Program-made: the position numbers and the translations under genes
NCBI GenBank assembly: GCA_011775825.1
Contig: JAABYK010000420.1
Location: forward strand, 9,145 to 48,393
DNA length: 39,249 bases
DNA from: Candidatus Zhuqueibacterota bacterium
GTDB taxonomy: Bacteria; Zhuqueibacterota; Zhuqueibacteria; Oceanimicrobiales; Oceanimicrobiaceae
Reading direction: 5' to 3'
Notes under the pieces: generated by a model
The model's input: only the letters and a program-made list of their open reading frames with translations
Told to the model about the DNA's origin: nothing
Databases searched by the model: none
Part shown: positions 28,266 through 35,481 of the stretch, piece by piece
How positions within the stretch are numbered: the first letter of the stretch is position 1
Layout: the number at the start of each line of letters is the position of its first letter

Positions 28266-28865
28266 TCATGCTGAGCGGCGTTGCAAATGGTCGGTGAGTC
28301 CATGAATGAAGTGGTGGGTGATTCTCGCGGTCAGTCCCCACAGATTGGCAGGGTTCGGAGAATGCTCCGACTTGAAACGAAAGTTCAAATACATCACCTC
28401 TTGGGCGTTGTCAAAATGCAAATCGGGACGAAATTGTTGCTTTAAAATGGCCACAGGGATTTCGACAACTTCGGCGACTTCGATGGGGTTGAGTCGATAT
28501 TTTGGCGGGTTGTCACACCAGGCCAGGTGCGCGACGGCGTCGTAACCGGACGTCAGCGTTTCGAAGTAGCCCATCTCACCTAAATGAACAACCTGATCCT
28601 CAGACACCCCGATCTCTTCATACGTTTCCCGAACCGCGGTTTCATAACTCGACGCATCCTCCGCATCGATTTTTCCACCCGGGAAAGCCATTTGTCCGCT
28701 GTGCAAGGTCATATCTTTCGTGCGCCGGATGTAAACCAGATACGTCTGATTGTGTCTGTTGAAAAACAGCATCAAGATTGCCGAACGCACGTAGCCATCG
28801 ATCGGTGTACGTCGCTTGGGCACATTTTCGATGATGTCTTTGACGATTTCCGGTGTGAGTTGCAT
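28266..28865 (-). CDS. Nudix hydrolase (CoA pyrophosphatase-like)
   Basis: Nudix box GGKIDAEDASSYETAVRETYEEIGV, preceded by SAILMLF...GQMAFPGG. Start set to ATG 28865 (MQLTPEIV...), because the longer ORF extension has no protein-like character. Confidence 0.85.
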   Translation of the reverse strand: MQLTPEIVKDIIENVPKRRTPIDGYVRSAILMLFFNRHNQTYLVYIRRTKDMTLHSGQMAFPGGKIDAEDASSYETAVRETYEEIGVSEDQVVHLGEMGYFETLTSGYDAVAHLAWCDNPPKYRLNPIEVAEVVEIPVAILKQQFRPDLHFDNAQEVMYLNFRFKSEHSPNPANLWGLTARITHHFIHGLTDHLQRRSA

Positions 28866-29099
28866 AACAGAAGTTAACTTCAACAGACCCCAATTGCAAG
28901 CACTAACCAATACGGAAACCGTTAAGTTCCTGCAACACCGGGTCGATGGTTTTCTCCAGTATTCAAATAAAGGCAAAATCATTTCAGAATTGCTACCGGC
29001 CACTTTTTTTTGGAACTCTGATTGACGCTGATTACACTGATTTGTGACGTTCATTCTAAACTAATTAAAGTCAATTCAAGAGCGTTCAAGAAACAGGAT

Positions 29100-29606
29100 A
29101 TGCAGAAAGGCTTGACGGCCGCGCTTGAAAGGTATCCCTGGACGGATGGTGAACGCGTGGCGGCGCTTGGCGCTTCCTACGGCGGCTACATGATCAACTG
29201 GATCGCCGGGAACTGGCCGGATCGATTCCGATGCCTGGTCAATCACGACGGCTTGTTTAACACGCGCTCCATGTACTTCGAAACCGAAGAGCTCTGGTTC
29301 CCTGAATGCGACACGCAGGGCACAACCTGGGAGACTCCGAAGGTCTACGAGAAAAACAATCCGGTCAACTTTGTTGAGAATTGGCAAACCCCCATGCTGG
29401 TCATACACGGCGCGAAGGACTACCGAGTGGTAGAGTCGCAAGGAATCGGCGCGTTTACCGCGTTACAACGGCAAGGCATTCCCAGCAAGTTTCTCTATTT
29501 TCCGGATGAAAATCACTGGGTGCTTAAGCCCCAGAACAGCATCCAGTGGTACGAGACCGTCATTGGCTGGCTGGATCAGTGGGTAAAGGGCGAGGGGACG
29601 GATTGA
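29100..29606 (+). pseudogene. 5'-truncated S9 (prolyl oligopeptidase family) serine peptidase: C-terminal catalytic half only
   Basis: Contains GASYGGYM (GxSxGG nucleophile), VIHGAKDYRV (Asp) and FPDENHWV (His). Only ~165 residues are present; the beta-propeller and the first half of the alpha/beta fold are absent. Confidence 0.65.
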
Positions 29607-30060
29607 ATGGACAGTTAAAAAGCCCTTTGAGGACTTTCAAGAAGAGGGGACAGGTGGGATTTTTCTGTTACTTTTCCTGTTTCTGCCAGGGTCTATTAAG
29701 ACCATTTGGACAACTCTGCGTTTTTAAGAATTCTAATGGCCGCCTAAATGGTCGTCTCAAAAGAGCCACACCCATCAAATTTCTCTGAAATACGATGTAA
29801 CTGCCACAACTTTCGTCATGGTCAATATGTCACTCTTTTTTAGCATGGCATTTGTTTGGGAGTTATATAATAAGAATCCCAAGTACAAAAAGAAATCGAT
29901 TTCAGAGCAATCCGAATGCATCTAATCTCAGCAAGGATTACAGATGACAAGTACGATTTGATGGTAAATTAATTTAATTAATTGTGATTCAGTCAACTTT
30001 GAGGTAAACCCACTATGGTAGACGTGCAGCAAGCTTGCTTAGGTAGCCTTTAATTTCAAC

Positions 30061-30609
30061 TCATCCCATTCTTTTCAACCAGAATAACCAGACCAGGAAA
30101 GTTATCAGAATCATTACAATCTCCCAGAGCACATCATGGAGGAAATCGAACCGCGAACGAGCGTAAACTCCAATGATGAATAAGCTGATAGCTCGCACAT
30201 AACTGGCAAAAAAAGTGGCAATTGCGCCTATGACCATTCCTCGTAGCTTATGCACGATTGAGCACCTGTAGGCTAAAACTCCAGCAATAAAGAACCCTAG
30301 CTGTTTGATCCCAGTACACCCGTGAGTAATTTGGATAGCGAAACCCTGAGGTTGAAACACTATGGCGTGAGCGGATTGCGTCTTAATGCCAATCAAACTG
30401 AGAAACCAACTGGTTAACTGCGCCTGCTTTGTGGATAGGAGATTTTGAAGACTTTTACTTATGCCAGACGTCTCGAGGAAAAGCAGGATGCCACCTACAA
30501 AAAAAGAAAAGAGCAGGCAAAATCGGATAGTAGACCAATTCTGCCTGCTCCATGCCACAATGAGAGTTGTCAGATCACTACTTCTGCGGCTTTGGACATG
30601 AAATTGCAT
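30061..30609 (-). CDS. Exosortase/archaeosortase-family transpeptidase, short form (XrtH-like?)
   Basis: 182-aa polytopic protein with family-type catalytic motifs in order: ITHGCTGIKQL (Cys), FFASYVRAISLF (Arg), FDFLHDVLWE (His). Lies 27 nt downstream of a gene whose product ends in a tripartite sorting signal. Confidence 0.75.
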   Translation of the reverse strand: MQFHVQSRRSSDLTTLIVAWSRQNWSTIRFCLLFSFFVGGILLFLETSGISKSLQNLLSTKQAQLTSWFLSLIGIKTQSAHAIVFQPQGFAIQITHGCTGIKQLGFFIAGVLAYRCSIVHKLRGMVIGAIATFFASYVRAISLFIIGVYARSRFDFLHDVLWEIVMILITFLVWLFWLKRMG

Positions 30610-30636
30610 TTTTCTAAATCATTTGTTTGACAGGTT

Positions 30637-32772
30637 CTACACCTTCTCACTGGTGAAATCCATAAATCTGACACGTTTCTGTCGATAAACAAACGAAAAA
30701 ATGAACAGTAGGCTAGATACTATCATTGCCCATTCAGTAAAGGTTGGGACGACCTTAATTTCAGCATAGGCAATACCGGAACCTTCAGAAGCCTGATGAG
30801 GATAATCAGCGCTTTCACTGCCATTGCTACCAGGAAGATAAAGAACGTCTCGAGCATTAGCGCCTAACCGGTAAGTCCCTTTCTCATCGATAGAAATATT
30901 CCACTCGTGAGTGAAAACCTTTTCTGCGCCGGTTACATCTTGCCAATGGGCTTGATCAATGTCCGCGATGCCGGTATTATCTCCGAACCACCAAATGGAT
31001 CTTAGTCCAAATGGGGCCGAGCCTGTAACTTTGACGGCAAAAGATTCACCCGGCTGTACTTCATCGGGCTCGATAGAAATATATACCGATGGAACTACTG
31101 CGCGATGGGCATTGATGCGACCGTAGCCATAATGGTCACTAAAACCGTTGGCGTCGTAATCTGCATCCCCAGAGCCTATCTTTTGCGCGGTCGCTTCCAG
31201 GATATCCTGTACTTCATCGCGAGTTAAGTCGGAATTAACTGATAAAAGTAGACCGACAACACCAGCAGCAGTAGGACAGGCTGAGGAGGTGCCGCCAAAG
31301 TCTTGCGTGTAAAGTCCGGCGCCGTCCGGCCGGGGTGGTGTTCCGTCATTGAAGCCTCCAGCGCCTGATTGATCAGTAGTCCAGGTGCCAACGGCATCGG
31401 CAGGCTTAGGGAGTAGGCAGGTTGAACCGTAGTCTGGATCGATCCAGGTGTTACTTGGAGCCATCACGTCAAGATCATCACCCCAACTGCTGAAGCAGGC
31501 TCGAACATCCTTGTTGGTAGAGGCGCCAACTGCGATCACACTGTTCAGAGCGGCAAGCTCTCCTGCTGTCGGGTTAGAAATATCGTTATTCCTATTGCCC
31601 GCCGCAAATAAAACCACACACCCTTTGCCGCCACGACCATTTGCCGCCACATCGTTGATTGCTGCCACAACGCCATCTGGGGCTGGCATTATAAGTCCCC
31701 AGCTGTTAGAAATTACATCTGCATTTGCTGTGTAAGCTGCCCAGTAAAAAATATCCTCAAAATCCTGTAAAGTATTCCCCAAGCGGCCGGCGACGATTTT
31801 GCTGTTATAGCAAACACCTACTACCCCCTTATCGTTGTTCCCAATGGCGGCGGCCATGCCTGCAACGGAAGTCCCATGATAGTCTCCAGGCCCCGGAGAA
31901 GGGTCATCATCGTCATCGGTAAAATCCTTGGATGCAACGATATTGGTTTGCAGGTCCTCATGATCTTTTTCGATTGAATCATCCAAAATCGCAATTTTAA
32001 TATTAGGATCGCCTGTGGTAATGTTCCAGGCTTCGGGAGCATCAATATCCGCATCGGGTTGGCCTCCATCTTGACCCGTATTGTTGAGGTGCCATTGGTC
32101 AGGATAATAAAGATCGTTCGGGGCAGCTCGCCGTTCAAACGTCGTGATGAAATTAGGGTAAGCATATTCGGTCAGATCGCTTTCATAATACTGATTGGCC
32201 ACTGTCAATGCACTCCCGTTTGGTTCAGCCTTAACCCGCAAAGTAAATTGATTCTTTGCATATTCTGAGGCACTTACAATTTCGACGTTTTTTTCCGTAT
32301 TAAACTGATCGATCTGTTCGCGTGTGACTTCTGGTTTGAACCTGACAACAAATTCTTCGGTTAAGATTAGGTTAGATTCGGGCTTGCCTTCTAATGAATA
32401 GACACGTCCTACATTCTCAACAAGATTACTACCTTGCAGATCAGTGCTAAGGTCCCGGAGATTCCTTGTTGTCAAAGACATACTTAGAGGCACAAGATAG
32501 ATGTTTGCGCGAGCAAAATCTTGTTTTTCGACATTCTCAACCGTGCTGAACTGTGAAAATCTGGGCAGTACGGAATAAACGCTGTCTTGCGAGACATTTT
32601 TCTTGAACAGTACTGCAACTCGGTTCGTGTCCAAAACAATGGGAATTTTTTGGCCGAGGGAATAGTAATAATCATCCCCGGCGGCCTGGCCCGCACTTTT
32701 GCTAGTTAATAAAAAACTGGCTAAAGCACAAAAGACCAGAACAACTAGTAGATTTAATTTACTTTTCTCCAT
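30637..32772 (-). CDS. Secreted S8 (subtilisin-like) serine protease with N-terminal prodomain and IPTLxxWG-like C-terminal sorting signal
   Basis: AAGGAGG RBS before ATG 32772. Signal peptide MEKSKLNLLVVLVFCALASFLL. Catalytic AILDDS (Asp), YHGTSVAGMAAA (His), AAGNRNN (oxyanion), GGTSSACPTAAGVVGLL (Ser). C-terminus VPTFTEWAMIVSSLLFIFSFVYRQKR plus 11 aa. Confidence 0.9.
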   Translation of the reverse strand: MEKSKLNLLVVLVFCALASFLLTSKSAGQAAGDDYYYSLGQKIPIVLDTNRVAVLFKKNVSQDSVYSVLPRFSQFSTVENVEKQDFARANIYLVPLSMSLTTRNLRDLSTDLQGSNLVENVGRVYSLEGKPESNLILTEEFVVRFKPEVTREQIDQFNTEKNVEIVSASEYAKNQFTLRVKAEPNGSALTVANQYYESDLTEYAYPNFITTFERRAAPNDLYYPDQWHLNNTGQDGGQPDADIDAPEAWNITTGDPNIKIAILDDSIEKDHEDLQTNIVASKDFTDDDDDPSPGPGDYHGTSVAGMAAAIGNNDKGVVGVCYNSKIVAGRLGNTLQDFEDIFYWAAYTANADVISNSWGLIMPAPDGVVAAINDVAANGRGGKGCVVLFAAGNRNNDISNPTAGELAALNSVIAVGASTNKDVRACFSSWGDDLDVMAPSNTWIDPDYGSTCLLPKPADAVGTWTTDQSGAGGFNDGTPPRPDGAGLYTQDFGGTSSACPTAAGVVGLLLSVNSDLTRDEVQDILEATAQKIGSGDADYDANGFSDHYGYGRINAHRAVVPSVYISIEPDEVQPGESFAVKVTGSAPFGLRSIWWFGDNTGIADIDQAHWQDVTGAEKVFTHEWNISIDEKGTYRLGANARDVLYLPGSNGSESADYPHQASEGSGIAYAEIKVVPTFTEWAMIVSSLLFIFSFVYRQKRVRFMDFTSEKV

Positions 32773-32852
32773 GGCATATCCTCCTTTATTACTTGATAAA
32801 TTGATAAAGTTGATAAAGTAATTTAATTCTGAAAACTTGACCCGATCTAAAT

Positions 32853-33374
32853 TCATGAAAATACGACCATTTCAAACATGCCGTTACACGAAGGAACCGA
32901 AAGCGTATAGTACCCTGGAGTCAAATGATCTTTCACGACCTCGCAATTATGGGATTTAACAATTTGTGAGCATCTTTTTCTGATTGACATGTTTTCCTTG
33001 AACGGTACAGTAAATTCATCAAGAATGAAATATCTGGTATTTCCTGCCTGGTCAACCCTAGCGGGAAAAGCCGCTTGTACGGAAGCATTGGTTTCAAGTT
33101 TTGATATAACCGTTTCAATCGCACTGCCTGCCGGAATGCTAGAAATGCAAAAACGATGCGCTTCCACCACATCATGTATTGTCTCCAAACTAGTTTGTTC
33201 AACTACAGCCTGTGCAGTTGCTTTTTGTAGGCCCTTGGGTTTCGGAGCAAACTTAACCATTACTTCGTCGGTCTTTAGTGTGAATGAAAAGTGCTGGCCA
33301 AAGAGCTTATCGGTGTAGTAATATTTGCTGCCCTGCGCTTTGGCTCCTGATGGATGATTGAGATAGTGTGACAT
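32853..33374 (-). CDS. Stand-alone paralogue of the S8 protease N-terminal prodomain (no catalytic domain, no signal peptide as annotated)
   Basis: KYYYTDKLFGQHFSFTLKTDEVMVKF / LDEFTVPFKENMSIRKRCSQIVKSHNCEVV / GYYTLSV parallel DYYYSLGQKIPIVLDTNRVAVLFK / TEEFVVRFKPEVTREQIDQFNTEKNVEIV / NQFTLRV in the neighbouring protease. The 5' 100 nt overlap the upstream ORF out of frame. Confidence 0.6.
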   Translation of the reverse strand: MSHYLNHPSGAKAQGSKYYYTDKLFGQHFSFTLKTDEVMVKFAPKPKGLQKATAQAVVEQTSLETIHDVVEAHRFCISSIPAGSAIETVISKLETNASVQAAFPARVDQAGNTRYFILDEFTVPFKENMSIRKRCSQIVKSHNCEVVKDHLTPGYYTLSVPSCNGMFEMVVFS

Positions 33375-33870
33375 GCCGTGTTGTTTCCTTCGTTAGATTC
33401 CGCCACTTTCTTGCCTGGATCAACAACCGCGCCAAGGCAGTATTCATCATGAGGCGTGTCCGCTGGAATAGGCAGTGCCGGGGTGAATAGGCTATAGGCT
33501 TTGCTCTCACCCGGGGCTAGATTATGCGTCCGGCTGATTCGTCCGCCTTTCAGCAACCTGTCTTGCTCAAAAGTGTCAGACACGTTACCCACTGCACGGG
33601 TAAGTCATCATCGCTTGATAGGACAATATCGTCCATATAACCACCTGAATCTTCCTGTCCACCGGTTGTTATCATACCTAGGGCCGTAGCCTTGCCAACG
33701 TTTTCTACTTGAACGGTCACTGTATCAAGTGCATGGCCAGCGTTGACAGTCAACGGGCCCGAGATTTCCACGGCGAGATCTGGTTTACAACCAGAGCTGC
33801 TGAATAGAAGAAATACGCTAACCCCCAATAAAACAACAGACCACGGAGATTTGTTACCAGCAAGTATCAT
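33275..33870 (-). pseudogene. CARDB-domain lipoprotein gene interrupted by a 1-nt frameshift (or indel error)
   Basis: Signal/lipobox VFLLFSSSGC, then DLAVEISGPLTVNAGHALDTVTVQVENVGKATA...LSSDDDLPVQ. The frame changes at the G3 run (plus-strand CCC 33588-33590) and continues GNVSDTFEQDRLL...LAPGESKAYSL...IPADTPHDEYCLGAVVDPGKKVAESNEGNNT, the CARDB C-terminal signature. The ATG overlaps the rSAM stop (ATGA). Confidence 0.6.
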
Positions 33871-35219
33871 GGTTTCCTTCCTTTCTTCAAAACGTTCGCC
33901 GAGATGTCCTGAGTTGCAGGTTCTTCAAGAAATCCATGTTTCAGCAGTTTCTTCACCCAAGGATAATAGGCATTTTTGGTCTGGTTCATTATGAAACAGT
34001 CGACAGGATCATCTGTTGATAGACTAAGAGAATCATTGGAACTAATCTCGATGACGTCAGCAACCGTCATATTTCCATTAAGATTGGAGAGCAAAGACCA
34101 GATTTCTGGGGAGACAGCTACATTCCGTGAGCGTCCTTTGCGTGATAGAATGATCGTTGGCTTAGGAAATTGAAAATGCTTCACTTGCGTAGTGGGAGCC
34201 AGTCTAAGATGACGAGCAAGTAATCCATCGCCATTTAAATCTTCAGTATCGGAAAACTCATCTCGCATCCTCAAAATAGTATAACCAATGCAACCGCCCT
34301 GACACTTTCCATTATTTGCATATTTGCAGCCATTGCACTCTGGCAACGGAAACAATTTGTATTGATATTTATCAAATTTCTCTTCGAAATACTCCCAGGC
34401 TTCTTCAAGGGTATTAAAGTCATCTAAATGAGCATTGAATATTTCCGATGTTCCAAAACACCGCCAAATGGAGAGATCTGGGCCAATATCGACGACTGGA
34501 CAGCATTGGAAATTCTTTTGTGGGTCCACGGTACCGAGCAGCACCAGTTCGCCAATTTGCTCTTTTGTAAACATACACAGCGGCACAGTGTTATCCAAAC
34601 CCACTTTCAAATTAAGGGATTCTCCTTTTTTAGCAAAATCTATCACCCATTGTGCCAGTAAAGGATATTCTTCCAGCTCAAGATAAGCATTTCTTATTGG
34701 ACCAATGATTGGCATGGAAAAACTAAGTCTGATACTGTTTATTTCATAGCGAGTTGCGAGTTCAAACACATAATCGGCTCGAGGCGGATTTTCAAAAATA
34801 TTAAAGCTGAGACTATTCTCTTTTCGGTCCTTTAGACGAGCAAGATTTTCACCAATTCGCGTCCATTGTTGTTTAGAATAAGTGGAAGGATGATCGATAT
34901 TGAGCAGAAAGTTCAGGTATTCTGGAGATATGTTTTCAAATAATATAGCATGGTCCTTGTTCCATAGTGCATTACTTAGTAGATCGATTCTAAAACCCTC
35001 TTCCAGAACCTTCATGACGATTTCTGGGAATCTCGAATGTAAGGTCGGCTCACCACCCATCATACGGAAAACGGGAAGATTCGACCGCTTCAAGAATGCA
35101 ATGACCTTCTCCACATTCTCCATACTCATTTCTTGATGTGGTTTTTGTGTCATTTTTTCTTTTGCAAAGCAATAGCTGCACGCTCGATTGCAGACTGTTG
35201 TCAATAGAATATTAGCCAT
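33867..35219 (-). CDS. Radical SAM enzyme with SPASM/twitch-like Cys-rich domain and PqqD/RRE-like C-terminal extension
   Basis: CNRACSYC (CX3CX2C) 10 residues from ATG 35219; MGGEPTL. Auxiliary-cluster cysteines CCPVVDIGPDLSIWRC and CNGCKYANNGKCQGGC. The tail VAVSPEIWSLLSNLNGNMTVADVIEIS resembles PqqD-type peptide-binding domains. Confidence 0.85.
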   Translation of the reverse strand: MANILLTTVCNRACSYCFAKEKMTQKPHQEMSMENVEKVIAFLKRSNLPVFRMMGGEPTLHSRFPEIVMKVLEEGFRIDLLSNALWNKDHAILFENISPEYLNFLLNIDHPSTYSKQQWTRIGENLARLKDRKENSLSFNIFENPPRADYVFELATRYEINSIRLSFSMPIIGPIRNAYLELEEYPLLAQWVIDFAKKGESLNLKVGLDNTVPLCMFTKEQIGELVLLGTVDPQKNFQCCPVVDIGPDLSIWRCFGTSEIFNAHLDDFNTLEEAWEYFEEKFDKYQYKLFPLPECNGCKYANNGKCQGGCIGYTILRMRDEFSDTEDLNGDGLLARHLRLAPTTQVKHFQFPKPTIILSRKGRSRNVAVSPEIWSLLSNLNGNMTVADVIEISSNDSLSLSTDDPVDCFIMNQTKNAYYPWVKKLLKHGFLEEPATQDISANVLKKGRKP

Positions 35220-35481
35220 AAGCACCGCTCCATTTAATAGATGTTTGGATAGGATTAATAATATGGACACACCCTTTGCTGCTTAAGGTCATGATAGGTC
35301 TTATCCTAAGAAAATCATTTATGCTTGATGAACAACAGTGATGCACTTGACCGTTCAAAGCAGAATAAAAGCAACATGCAGCCAGAAATGAGACTGCATC
35401 TCTCCCTTTCTTCCACAAAAGCAATACTTAAAGCTGGCGCTATTGTACAACTAATTCTCAGTTGGCCACGCGGCCTTCTTA

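Noticed and set aside
28306-29025. Several 69-97-aa ORFs on the plus strand and the 5' extension of the Nudix ORF (28866-29054)
   Set aside because: They are antisense to, or upstream extensions of, the Nudix gene. The Nudix protein begins plausibly at ATG 28865, and the extension has no protein-like character.
30028-30039. Perfect 12-nt palindrome AGCAAGCTTGCT after the exosortase gene, considered as a terminator
   Set aside because: There is no loop and no following T-tract on the minus strand, so it is too weak to call a terminator.
35212-35424. 70-aa Cys-containing ORF (…HHCCSSS…) between the precursor and rSAM genes, considered as a second, Cys-bearing precursor
   Set aside because: It has a TTG start without an RBS, overlaps the rSAM start in another frame, and has no leader-like region. 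It is worth a proteomic check but is not supportable from sequence.
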